Assembly (NCBI GenBank): GCA_028534125.1
Contig: CM052817.1
Coordinates: forward strand, 49,106,001 to 49,170,000
DNA from: Lama glama
Lineage: Eukaryota
Direction: 5' to 3'
Length of the DNA: 64,000 nt
The notes under the pieces are model-generated. The model worked only from the letters and a program-made list of their open reading frames with translations, was not told where the DNA came from and ran no database searches. Below, piece by piece: positions 27,002 through 40,480 of the stretch. Numbering within the stretch: position 1 is the first letter of the stretch; the number at the start of each line of letters is the position of its first letter. The position numbers and the translations under genes are program-made.

Positions 27002-27808
27002 GAAATATCCGCTTTTTCCCCACCTCCTTTAGCTGGCATTTAAATTGAAAGATAAAATAATCCCTTCAAATGTCTAGTGAAAGAAAATTCTGTATGTAGT
27101 GTTTCCTTTTTAACAAATATTAGTTTGTAATAGAATATTCAAAAAAATCAAAGTTTATGTATGAAAAATCAATACTGTCTCTATGATTTTGACTACCTTC
27201 TACAATGTTTTTATTATTCTTAAAGACTAAATAATAGAGTGAAATTTAAAATCTATGACTTTACATTCTTTATTTTTTTAGTTCAAAGCTGCATCATTGG
27301 ACTAGTAAGGAAGATATTTAAGGGAGTCTTCAAGATGGATGAATTAGAACCATAATATCATATTAAAAAGGACTTAAAGTCCCTTTGTTGTATGCTTAGA
27401 ATGATGCTAGTATAATATAAGATCAAAGACATTTTTGTACAAGGAGTTCATTGAAATGTATTTCCCTAGAATATTCTACTATAGATTAAATTTTGGGTAG
27501 TTTACTAATCATAGTCTTCTACTATTATAGTTTATACATTAATAATCTGAAACAGCACCAAGAAAGTAGCCAATGAATATGTTATCAAAGTATTGTTTGC
27601 ATAATAATTCATTAGTTACTATCAGAGAGAAAAATCAACAGTGATTTATCATAATGTCAAGCTTAACAAAATTTATTAAATACCTCCTATGTATAAATAA
27701 TGTGTCTTAGACATAATAAACAATGAAACATGGATCCCAAATTCAAAGAACTTTAAGCCAGGTTAGAAATAAAAAGAAAACACAGAGAACTAAGTGTAAG
27801 AAGGATTA

Positions 27809-28075
27809 GCAAACACTTGACCCTATTCAAAACTCCCATAAAACATTTAGTCCATGCCAAAAGGTCCTTGAAATTTAGTCCTATCCAAAACGTCCATGAG
27901 TATATTAGGTCTATGGCAAATGGTTTTGGACAGGAGAAAATATAGGGAATTTTTGACATGGGCCAAAAGTTCACATGGGCATTTTGGACAGGACAAAATA
28001 TGACCAAATTTCAAGAACCTTTCAGCATGGACCAAATGTCTTAATAGATGTTTTAGACAAGATCAAATGTTTTGC
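27809..28075. repeat. Imperfect ~265-bp palindrome built from ~20-bp subrepeats (MITE-like)
   Basis: 27809-27900 is approximately the reverse complement of 27972-28075. Confidence 0.8.
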
Positions 28076-29089
28076 AAGGGTATAAAGAACATAGGAAAGA
28101 GCTACAATACTAATAGCTGATATTTATTGAGAACTTACTATGTACTAAGCACTGTGCTATACAATCTACATAACTTTACTTCAATCAATCTTCATTCAGT
28201 TCTTTAAAACAGGTATTCTAATTTTTGCAATTCTGTTAGTCGGTAAGCTGCAGAGAGAGTAAATACGCAGCCAACCACTTATGTCAAATATTCAGTAAAA
28301 GCACTTAGAATGAGAAAAATGTAATTGAAATGACTTTGTGATCTTTTGAAATTTTGGTTTAACACTCTGATTTGGAAATATGACTCTAAATTAGGATTAT
28401 TTCACTACTTTGCCTCAGTGATTATAAAGATTAAAAAATATATGTTACTAAAATCAAGGTCTAAATGGAAAAAAAATGTAAACTTTCCTGTGCTTATCAA
28501 ATCATGTACTCAGTTTTCAACTTTGTCCAGCATTTAGGAAAAGAGTTCTGCTGGAATTTTGTAAATAAATTTGTATCTACATGCACTTATGTATACTATG
28601 TATGTGAATAAAATATGTATCTATACACATGTGTATATTTATTTAAAAGTAAGTAAATATTTTCTTCTTGAATCACATTTTATTGACTTCAGTGCTCTGG
28701 AGTGCACGCATGTCACTTTGGAGACCAATTGCATAAATCATGGGTAATAATCCTCTTTTTATTCTCTGTCTTCAAAGAAAATTTGTCAACTAGTTTCTTC
28801 TCACTTCTTTACCATAAATATAACATTATGTAGTTTTAGAGGCTCCATATTAAACTATCTTTCTCTGACTTAAGATTTTCCCATAACTCTTTAGTCTCTC
28901 ATGCTCTTAGAACCCAGGCTTCTGAAGAATGTAATTTTATTACAGCCGTTAAGTCACCATGTAAACAAAGATTACAATTAACTCATTGAATTAATCTGAA
29001 GTTATCTTAAGACATCATGTTTTGACATAGGCAATTTAATCTAGCTCACAATGATAACATTTTAAAATATTCTTTCTGTCATTTGCCAC

Positions 29090-29206
29090 TTTTTGACTTT
29101 TTATGTATTTTTATTTTTTTAATTTTTTAATTGAGGTACTGGGACTGAACTCAGGACCTCATACACGCTAAACATGCACTTACCACTAAGCTTTACACCC
29201 TCCCCC
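29090..29206 (-). mobile_element. tRNA-derived SINE (camelid Vic-1-like)
   Basis: T-rich tail then gaggtactgggactgaactcaggacctc...accactaagctttacaccctccccc. Confidence 0.8.
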
Positions 29207-29639
29207 AAGCTCATGATGTTAAAATATCTCATTTCCCCTTTATGGCTAGTCTAGATATATTAAATTTCAAAAGATTGGGCTAATCCTACTGATTCTGTAG
29301 CACCTAAAGCAAGGAAGGTTAGGAAGATCCCGTTATTTTTATTCTTCATGTAGCATATTGAAACCACTGTAAAATTCTATTCCTGCTGCTGGTGATAACT
29401 GCTCACAATATTCTCAGTAATGACCACATTTTTGTCCATAATATTAAGTCAGATTTGGATCACTCTGGATCCAAATAGATCCAGATCTCCATGTATAATT
29501 ACTGACCTTTCAGTGAGACCTCTTTTCTCCTTTACCCTCCATCGGGCCCACATCAGAATACACTTGGTAGAGCATTGCTCCCTCTGCCATTAACCATTCC
29601 CTGTTGTGGTACAGACTCTTACCCAAGATTCACTAATAA

Positions 29640-30045
29640 GCAATAAAAAGAAATATGCTATTGATACATAAAACTTAGAAGAATCTCCAGGGATTTATGC
29701 AGAATAAAGAAAAACTAACCTCCAAAGTTCAAATCTTATATGATTCCATTTATATAAAATTCTTTTAAAAAAAATGAAATACAGAAATAATTAGTGGTTG
29801 TCAGGATTTAAGGAAGGGACTGGAGTGAAGCAGGTAAAGTTACAAAGGCACAACCAGAGAGAACTTGCGGTGACAGAAATACTCTGCATCTTAACTGCAT
29901 CAGTATCTTGTGTTGGTATAATACTACAGTTCTGCAAGATGTTACCACTGGGGAAAATTATGTAAAGGGTTTAGGATCTTTGTATTATTTGTTATAACTT
30001 CACATGAATCTACAATCATCTTAAAATTTTTAAATAATAATTTTA
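29640..30045 (+). mobile_element. Old L1 (L1MD-like) 3' end
   Basis: tatatgattccatttatataa...tagtggttgtcagga...gcaagatgttaccactgggga...atgaatctacaat. Confidence 0.65.
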
Positions 30046-31725
30046 AGAAACAGGTTTATAAAGTGTTGTGAACTACAGCCTGAAGTAAAACCTAGTCCAA
30101 GAAAATCCATTACAGTGCAATTTAAGAGGGTTCTTTGTGAATGAAGCTCCAAAGTGGAAGGCACCTGCTAGTTACCAGGCATGTGGCTACCTGCTCATAG
30201 GGCTCACTTAGCTCTGAGTCCTGGGGATACAGAGATGAATAGCTTTGTGGTACCTGCTTTAGTGCTTTTTTGTATAAGCCTCCTGGTTTCCATTGTTGTT
30301 TATGAAATCTATTGGCAGCCCAACTGTTACTCCTTTACAAGTCATCTCTTCTTGCTTTTAAAATATTTTCTTCATTTTCGTTCTTTGCAGCTTCACAGCT
30401 ATGTGCCTCCTGGCAGATTTTTTTTCTTTTAATATGTGTCCTGTTTGCAATATATTGTACATCTTGATCCTGAAAAGTCACATACTTTATCCTTCCTGGA
30501 AAATTTTCATCCACCATGTAAATAATTTATCAGCTCCATTTTTTCTGTTCTCTCCTTTCAGAACTTCAATTGCACATATATTAGAACTTCTCATTTCATC
30601 TAATTTTCTACAGCTCAACTCTTTTCTTTCATATTCTCTTGCTATAGTCCTTTTCAGGACTGTTCAGTTTTACCATTTTGCTGTTTGCCCACCTATTGAA
30701 TTTTTTACCTCAATGATTTTAATTTTTTAAATTTCGTTTTAGTGTTAGTCATCTTGATAGTTTAATTTTTATTAATATTTTATTTCTTAAAACATTTAGA
30801 CATAATTAACTTAAATTCAGTATCTGATAAATCCAACACCTGATGTATTGGAAGATTTGAATCCATTATTTCTGTTTCTACAATCTCTATTTTATTATGG
30901 ATTATTTCATTCTGGGTTATGTAATTTTATTGTGAGATAATAATTATGTGAACTTTACACGTTACAATCCCGAAAGACCCATATTTAAGATAATTTTCCT
31001 TAGAGGATATTTCTACTTGCATCTCTTATGCATCAGTGGTCACTATCAACCTGGAAAAATTTTATTGCAGCTTTAATATCTGGGCTCCAATTTGCAACCC
31101 TATGTCGATAGTACATACTTAACCACAGAGTCACCTGCTAATGGTTACAAATTCTAGTATGGTATTATGATTAATATTATCAACTCAGAGTCTTGTCATG
31201 GAGAGGCAGCTTTCATTCTGGGCTTTCCCTGATCTCATTAGCTCTGCAATATTTGTTGTAATAAATTTCATTTTATCATGGAAAGATTTTTTGAACATTT
31301 GTTTGCTACACTTAAAAGTCTTGTTTTGTGTTTTTATTTTTTTCTTCTGATTTCTAGGAACTGCTAGTGACTGGAAATTACTACACAATGGCACAAAGTA
31401 AAATATTTTATTATGCATATTTTATAAAAAATTGAAAAACAAGGACCCCACAAAAACTTAAAAGTGACATTTGTTACAGAACTGGTTTCAGCATTGTGGA
31501 GATTATTGATAAATTGTGGTGGTTTTTATTGCAAGCAATACTCCCCCAAAAGTGCCCATGAAACCAGACTCCATTAATACTCAGCTGGAGCAAAATTGGG
31601 AAAAGAAACAGTTTTATATTAAGCAAGCTCTAATAATTATAAAGTCATATGTTCTGCTTCACTCTCAGACCACAAACACCCTTTATTAAAGATATTGTCA
31701 GAAAACAGTAACAACTGTGTCCATA

Positions 31726-32167
31726 TGTTATGGAAATGGCAGGCCAGCCAAGAAACAAGCACCACTCGGAGGGTCGGAGTACTCAGATGTATTATGCCGG
31801 CGGGCTCAGAGGGGCTTCTGCTCCGAAGCTCTGAGCACCTCCAAGATGCATGCATGAGGTTTTATAGGGTTAATTACAAGCTTGGGGTATTCAGCCAATA
31901 GGCATGGAACAGCTTTAGCGGCATCATTATCACAAAAGCAGAGGCAGGGAGGCAGCAAACCAACATTTCGAGGCCAGATATGTCTCTCTGAAAATCCAGC
32001 TGGCTAGCAAAACAAAACAACAACAACAAAAATAAACATGAGCAGGGAATCAGCAAACTAACACTTATTAAGTTATATTTACAAGTTAGCCCAGCAGAAC
32101 TCAGACCAGTAATCCGACACTTGTTACACTTAGATTTACGAGTACCCCCAGCCTGGCTTTTCCTTCA
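31726..32167 (-). mobile_element. ERV solo-LTR-like element
   Basis: TG...CA ends, locally GC/CpG rich, minus-strand TATA-like ttttatag; family not identified and no clear TSD. Confidence 0.55.
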
Positions 32168-34374
32168 GACAGACAGTTCTGACAGTCAATTTATACTGAT
32201 ACATTTGTGTCCTATTTACATCTCTTGTTAGAGATCTGCAGAAGAATGCACATATGCATTGAAATTTTATATGCACACATAAATATATAGTAGCAGAAAT
32301 GGACATCTTGGTGGAACTTTGTCAGACAATGGAATGGAAAACTCAAATGTTATTTCTAGGGACTGACCTGTAAAGAAAATTAGACTTAGCATAACTGAGG
32401 AGGAAGCCAGCTGTTGACGGCAGTTCCATGAGGATAAAGTCACTACTGTTGTGGACAAAATTTCGTGAGCATAACTGCATCTGGCTCATTAAGAATTTGA
32501 GTAAGTTGCCCATTTCTGCTTAGTCACTGCTTAGAGCATTCTCTATTGTTCTAGCCTATCTTGCTACTGAATTAGAAAGTGAATGCAGGAATAATAACGA
32601 AGTTCACACTTAGTGTGACTACCAGTGGAACATTGCACTAAATGCTTCACAAATATCTTTTGAAATTTACACATTGTCTTTATGAATTTGGCACAGTATT
32701 ATCATCATATTATATAGGATAAAACTGAAGTACAATGATAGTATGTAGCTTCCCCAATGTCCGACAGTACTAAGATCCAAATCTAGGCAATTCAGCCTTG
32801 CTGTAACACCCTACCTCATCCTGACCAAAGTCAGTGCTTTATAAAGTAGAAAATTGACACTGGAGAAATTAAGAAATATTTCCCAGGCTATCCTGAGAGC
32901 AAAGTGGCAGAGGCCAGGATAGAAAGTATCTTTAGTTTTGACCTTCAACTCTAAATCTCTAACATAATTGGCTGAAAATAATGTAGACTAGAAAGGGATG
33001 AGTATTTAAATATGAAGTCATCAAAACAAAAGAATTAATTACATCCTAGGCAAAGGATCACAAACAGTGTGAATGCGGTAGGGGTGAGAGTTTAATTATC
33101 AATCTATGCTTTCTATACTTTTACCCCTTATAGATTTTCAGTATTTTCAGTCTGTCTCAGAAAGTTACAACTCTTTAGGAAAAATTAAAAATAATATGAA
33201 GAATAGCAAATGCATGAGCCACCTATACTTACAGAAGTCTGAATCATCATTCTGTGTTTACTTCCTAGTTAAAGTTTTTTTATTACTATTTTATGAGTAT
33301 GTTGAGGTATTCATAGGATGTGTGTTCAACCATGTCAATTAAAATACTGTACAGCCAAGTGACATAAAATTAACCCTAGAGTCAGCTTTTTATTTCTTTA
33401 AAAATATGTAGTACCTTAAAAGGTCTCATAGATCTCAAATTAATATTAACTTTGGAAAGTTCAAGAACTAAAACATATACTATCACCTTAATTTTACTAA
33501 AAGCAAAATGAAAACATCATTACTATACCTTGCAAAAGAAAAATAGATGCATTTTATTTTGTGCAAGTGAAGTCAAAACAATCTTTTTTTATTATATTTC
33601 AGATGGTCATAAAACAACTCTTTTAGACCAATTACTCTTTGATATGTGTTTACCTCATCCAGCTACGAAAGTCAAAATTCTCAAAAGCATTAACAATCTA
33701 ACTTCTAAAGCAGTAAATGATGGAATTTATGCAAAAACAATTTTAGTAAAAATCTAGAATATAGGTGCTTAAAAGACAACAGAAAATTCTTCTTAGGACT
33801 TGCTCAGCTATGAAATCATAATTTCTAAATATGTTTCTAAAATTTGATTATACAATATTTTTACTCAGTTGATATATGTTCAAAGGTATATCTCAATCTA
33901 AAATACAAACCATTTTTAAAAACATACACCAAGCTATGTGTTTGATAGGGACTCTTGCTCAGGTACACACTTTATCAGGTTGAGTGGGTGAGGTCCAGGT
34001 ATTGGCCAAGTGTCTCCAAAGCTGCAGAGGTCAGAGAGGGAGAAATGACAGCGTAAAATCTGGTATATTAAAGTACAAACTATATGCTAATAGAAAATCT
34101 CATTTTTACATTTTGCTGAGGCAGCTTATGGCGTCTCAGGCCAAAGATGTACTTCCTTATGAGAGTTTTTGATTGCTTCTTTTTCAAGAAATGTAAACCA
34201 CAGGAAAAGAATGGGCAGTAAAGGCAGCTGGTCACCTTTCCCAAGCCTAGCACAGGAAGGAGTCATCTTGTGTTCTACTCACTTCTCTCCCACCTTGGAA
34301 TAAGAGGTGGAAATGGCTTCAACTCAAGCCCTTTAACATTATGGTAAACAAGAGTGAGGTCTACCCTCCTGGCA

Positions 34375-34376
<2 letters not shown>

Positions 34377-34405
<29 letters not shown>
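34377..34405. repeat. (TG)n microsatellite
   Basis: Perfect TG run. Confidence 0.95.
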
Positions 34406-34406
<1 letters not shown>

Positions 34407-37400
34407 GTGTTGAAGGGGCTGTATATAAATGGAAAGGAAGTGACCAGACATTAGATAGCAGACCTTGTTAATTTCCCTCTCCAGAAGCAAGATAAGGCCA
34501 GTATTATTTACAAAATCCAAAGCTGTCAAACAGGGCTTTTTCCTTTGGCAGCTAAGAAAGTACACACTCCTATAGGACCCAAGATTACAACTCTGGTGCT
34601 GAGACATTCACTATCTATTGTTCTGAAAACTCAATTTTATTAACAATGAGAAAGAAAGAAGAAAGAATATATATCCATACTCACATCCCCAAGAACCTTG
34701 CTTCATCTGACCAAATTAAGGTCCCTTTCTTGAGGAAGAAGAGAATAAATTTGATTGGCAGCAGTTGTATACGAGAATTTACTTTACAGCTCATTTTTGT
34801 TTCAATAGTGTTTACCCACAAGTAAGTGGGAGAATCTGTGTTTGAACTCAAGTTTATCTTGCAGACACTGAAGTTCATGGTCTTATCATTCTACTAACTT
34901 CTCATTGAAGCTGACTACTTGGACTTTGGCTCAAAAGAATTATGAGAAAACAACTGTGACATTAATTACATGCTGGTATTTACCAAGCACAACTGACTAA
35001 ATAAAATTAATCTGCTCCCTATATCTGGGACTAAAAATTCTTTTTAATATGCCACATAACTCTATGATAACTAACATAAGTCAAACAGCCTTTAATTCAA
35101 AATGTCTACCAAGTTGATTCTAAGGGTCAGGATCATTGCTAGTCTATAGCGCTAGCAAGTACAGTTGTATGTGTTGTGTATTCTACAATTCTAAGAGATA
35201 CTATTCATGCTGTAGTACAAAACCTGATGTCCCTAAGTAAGACCTTGAAAGACAATTAGCTTATAAGGAGGAATAAACTCCAGGTTTTGCCATCAAGGGA
35301 TTTTTAACTATGTTGAACAAGTGGATTCTTTTGCTTTTGAAGACATTTAAGGAAAGAAATCTACATTCTATCAGCCTCCTTTTGGACATTTTTATTTATT
35401 TCCTAATGGCATAATTTATATTTATTGTGAATATTTCTTTATCCAATAATGTCCTTTATTGCTACCATCCCTCTTCAATAAAAAAGACTAAGTTATACAA
35501 GGATATCAATATTCAGATGAGGGACTTCCCTAGTTCTGAAAAGGAAGTGAGGCAAAAGCATTTTGGTGAGATCTGTCAGTATTACCTGCCTTCAGAGAGG
35601 AAGTAGATTGATCTTCAACCTAATCCCTGCCTTCCCAAGTAGATGAGCTATGATGACATAAAGAATTTCAAGGAAGTGGCTCTTAGCTTGGGGGAAAAGA
35701 TATCCCTGTGCTCAGGAATTTACAGGTACATACACAGTTTCAAAAATGATTAGCTTCTCCTTTGGACTCAAACATTCATAAGAAAGGTAACTGAGAAAAA
35801 TATTATATATGCAGAAACCACTGGTATAAGAACATAGAAATTTGGAGAACATAGATATATATTTGGATATTAAATTGCATACTCTTAAGATAAGGAAAAT
35901 AAAAGGAAATGTCCTCAAAACATTAAAGAGAATTAGGAAAAACATCATAATCTATCCCTTTTGCCTTGAGTTAAATATCACAAAAATAACATTTCCTGTT
36001 CTAACGTTTCTTCTCACTTCCCATGTTTGAACTTGCTCTTTAAAAAACTTAGAACATTTATTCAGTATTACTAGGATCACAATTTGAAGATATTATCTTT
36101 ATAAACAGGCAATAAAAAATAATACCCAATGTGGTTATCTTATGTATGTGTGGCTAAAATTTAGAAACCCCTTTCCTTACTAATGCATGTACAAAAATCA
36201 AATGTATATTCAGCATTTCTTTGTATTTGCCTTCTATACGCATTTCTTAAAAAAGCATAAGACACATTCTCTGTCTTCAAAGAACTTATCTTCTTATAAG
36301 ATAAATCATAAAAAACTAAATTAATTAATAAACATCAGGCTATTATGCAAAAGTAAATTGCATGTCACAATTCCTGTGAAGGAAATAAATAAAATTAAAA
36401 TGGCAAATGCAGAAACATTTGTTCTATTCATGGAAAAAGTAATTCTTGTCCTTAATATATAAAAAGGCCTCAAACTGTAAGAACATAAACATTTTAACAG
36501 AAAAATAAGAAGAGACTATCAATAACTTTTAAAAAACACATTAAATCAGAATAGCATAAAAAAGTCAAACTCTGATGTAACAAAAGAAGTGCTAACTAAA
36601 TAATGAGATGATAATTTTTGCCCATAAGCTTATACAACAGGTTTGCCATATCAAATGTTGGTCACTAGGATAGATAAAATGTGCATTGATATTCTGCTAA
36701 TGAGAATTTAAATTGGGATGAACTTTACAAAGGATATATCTTTGATTTAGCAATTCTGCTTCTAAATTTTTTTCTGAAGTATGAAATATTATTTTAGCAC
36801 AATTCAGTGTAAAACTGGTATGTATAATATAATACCTTTTTTGTAGGAGAAAGCTGAATGAAAATATTTAGAGTATTCTGCAAATACCCAAATATTAACA
36901 GTGGTTGTTTCTGTAGTAAAATTTAGAACAGATTTAAATCTGTATTTTCTATATCTTCTAGAATTATTTTGCAATGTTCATTTATTACTTTTACAAAGAG
37001 AAAAACAAATATTTTAAAGTTTTGAGTGCCTCTCAATTTTATATTTCTCACCTGCCATAAAATAATTTCCTAATTTTTATTTAACTCTTCATAGAATTTA
37101 TTTATTTTATTAGACAGTGAAATTGAAAGGATCTAATCATCTTAACTACTTCTGTTTAGACTGGTTGATGTGTACACAGGATTAATTTTAGGGGAAAAAG
37201 GATACATGCACTGTGAATCTTTTGTTTTTCTTAATCCCTCTTCTATATCTGTTACTCTGTTTGTTAAGCTTACATGGCTTAAAAGTCACAAGTTATTTTC
37301 TGAGCCTGATTCTTTACTTAATGTTTATGAGTTTAGACAAATCTTTTAGACTCTCTGAATCTCATGGGTAAAATTTGAGCTATCAACAGATACAGAATGC

Positions 37401-37591
37401 ATTCAATCAATAATTTTTTATAAATCAGCAAGGCAAACATTAATGCTTTTCGTTTTATTCTAGTGTAGTATCTGGAACATGATAGGTCTGGTGAATGACT
37501 GAATGAATACATAAATGAATGGATAAAGAGATTAATGAATGAGTTAACCATAGGATATTAATATATATTTTAAAACAAGAGATATTTTTAC

Positions 37592-37785
37592 TCATGGTTC
37601 TCAAAGTATGGTCCCCAAACCAGTAGCATCAGCATTATCTCAGAATTTGTTGTAATAGCAAATTCTCAGGCTTTACCCTAGGCCAACTGAATCAGAAACA
37701 CTGGGAATTGGTACTCACTAATCTATGTTTTGTCATGGCCTCCCAGATGATTCTGAAACATGCTAAAATTCAAGAATCTCTGATT
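37592..37785 (+). mobile_element. MER5A-like hAT DNA transposon
   Basis: tggttctcaaagtatggtcccc...agcatcagcatt...actgaatcagaaac...gatgattctga. Confidence 0.8.
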
Positions 37786-40359
37786 TAGAGTGTTTTTCAA
37801 TTAGTATATACCAACTGAAGTTTGATGAGTTAATTAATAATGTGGTTGTCAGGCAATCTATGCACATCTAAGTAGAGTTTTTCTGAAATTAACACCTTAT
37901 GCCAAACACCTTTGCAAATTACATTCCTTGGCATGTGCCATACAAAAGTGTTTATATTGTTTGATGCATGTAGTTAGTTGCCAATAGTTACACATTTAGC
38001 ATTTGGACCCTTCACAAAAAGAATCTAGATCTCTAAAAATGTTGCTCTCTATTTCTGCATGGCAGGAATATGCTGGACCTTAGTCTCATCCAACATTAGC
38101 ATCTTTACCACATTATTCTCCCACTAAACTCTTTATTTGAGTATATGGGACTTAGAATACAAAAAACAAACAAATAAAACAAAACAAAACAAAAGGTCTG
38201 AGAGGTTGTAGAAATGGTTAGAGTGACAGAAAGCAAATGTATTCTTCAACCATCAGTTCTACCCTCCCCATTTCTGATTTCAAAATTATTTTACCCTTGG
38301 TATATGCTTTTTTCATGATATTGGAAACTCATGTTTCTTTCAGATGAAAACTCACACATATGTGTACATGCACAGAAACACACACACAATGACTTTCCAA
38401 TATAACCAAAATTATTACAAGACATTCTTAGAAGTTGTAGAGAAGCAATGGGTATCCGTCCACTGACCCTTCAGGTTCTTTCCCTATGTATTTCTCTCAA
38501 ACCCTTTGAAGGAGTGTGGAGAACTTTAAATCCAGGTAATCTCTGACTTTACTTACTTTTGGCCTCCACCCTGATCCATTTCCTTCTCAAGGCTTCCTGG
38601 CTTTTCCAGCTATTGAAACAACAGGCCCTGCCTCTGTGTGTATAGTTCAAACCTTGTATATCTTAACAGCCTATGAAGTCACTGTCTACGGCCTTCAGAT
38701 CATATCTTTAAGCTTATTTTTCTTTCCTGGAGTGAGTCTCCTGGGGCTTCTCTTGCCTGCCCTTCCAAGGACTACCACCTGTACCCAGAGGTCCCTTCGG
38801 CAGCTGCACCACTAACTGAAAATTAAAACTGAGAAAGGAAATTCAATCGCAAGGTAAAATTTTCTTTTTCAATCTCTTTTCTCGTCTAAGTTTTGATCTT
38901 GCATCCACAGAGCATGGTGCTCCCTGAATGGTTTCCATTTTGAACACATGTTTATAATTGGGATGTTTTTCTCTAATTGCAATTTTCTCACAGGAAACTC
39001 AGTGTTGTTGTTGACTCTATGCAGGCTTTCTCAGACTTTCAGTGATCGCTTTTACTTTTCTGGGTTCAGTGAGACTCTCGCGAAGAATGCCAGTGTTGGG
39101 GGACTTCTCATAGAACCGTAAGCCTCATAAAGGAAGAAGGAATCCACTTGTAGTCCTCCCTTCTCTTCCCCCACCCCCATGTACACACCTGCATGTGCGC
39201 ACACACACATCACTTTAACATACTTTCCAGAATACAGAACATGTTATTTAATTCACTTATTTCAGTGGCTTGATGTGGACCAAGCAGAGCTGTACTTTGT
39301 TAGGGTGAAACAAATGGAAGAGATACTATTTTCTCATTAAAATAACCATTCAAAACAAACGAATGAGATGTATTAAAATAAACATGGTATACCCACCTGA
39401 AGAAAAAAAAAAGAACCATTCAGGTTTAATGTCAGATGACTCGGTTTCTCCTAAGAGGGGCATTATTTTCCGCTTTTCTCTTTTTCCCGTTTTTCGTTTT
39501 TAAAGCCAGTTTTAGGCATTGAGATTTTTAGCCTATGGCTCGATCTAACTAGGAAGACTCGCAGTGCCATGTAAACTACAGTAAACAACCGCATAACATG
39601 GTCTGTCACTTTCAGGTAAGACTTAAAAGATTTTTAAGAACAAATTTTTATATTCTAAAGTAAATGTCATTTATAAACCATCTTCCAGGGTATCTGACTC
39701 AATCACATTAGTTATCAGTTATTGTATGTCTTCAGGTCCCCTCCCCTGAATTTACCTTCTCACATAATTCTAAACCTCATCATTCACTGGTCATGATGCG
39801 GCAATGCTAATTCAGGACTGCTCCTCCTAAGTCCCTGAGTTGGTTACACCCACTTCCCAGATGTGACTAGGATGTGTTCACAATCAGCTGCTTTATTTTC
39901 ATCTTGTTACTCATATCCACAGTTCTCTGACAACATTTTTGCAGCATGAGGAATGTAAGCTTTTTGTCAGAGGGTAGTTGGCTTTGTCAAAAAAAAATTT
40001 CCTTACAAACTGTGAACATCCTTATTTGAATAAGGTAAATCAGGAACATCTTTTGACTCTGGTCAGGCCCACCAACATAGATTTGCAGTATGACTAAGAG
40101 AGCAGAGCTAGGAAAACAAGTCCATTTCTGAGTCACGCACTCACTTGCTGGTGTGTGTGAGGAGACTCCCTGCAACTCCACTTCCTAATCACTCCCACAA
40201 AATGAAAATAAGGCTTATCGTCACTGTGGGTAATGATCAGAGGTCACATATGTTAAGCACAATCAATACAATTTAATTTCTAGGAGACACAATTCATTTT
40301 GATGAATCATTTATATTTACCTTGTATTATTAGAGAGTAGATAAAAAGTGGTTTAAAAT

Positions 40360-40480
40360 CATGCTTCCTAAATTTTCTTGTGCTCATAAATCACTAGGGG
40401 ATTTTATTAAAATACAGATTCTGATTCTAGATTGGGGCCTGAGATTCTGCATTTCTAACAAGCTCTCAAGTGATGACAAT
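40360..40480 (-). mobile_element. MER5-like fragment
   Basis: ttaaaatacagattctgatt...ggggcctgagattctgcatttctaacaagctc. Confidence 0.65.

Noticed and set aside
27809..28075. CRISPR-like reading of the subrepeat array
   Set aside because: Mammalian context, degenerate units in both orientations, no regular unique spacers and no cas genes
34128..34172. Peptide MASQAKDVLPY loosely resembling the SULT1B1 N-terminus
   Set aside because: Similarity stops after a few residues, with no YPKSG motif or splice donor, so no evidence for a fourth SULT gene
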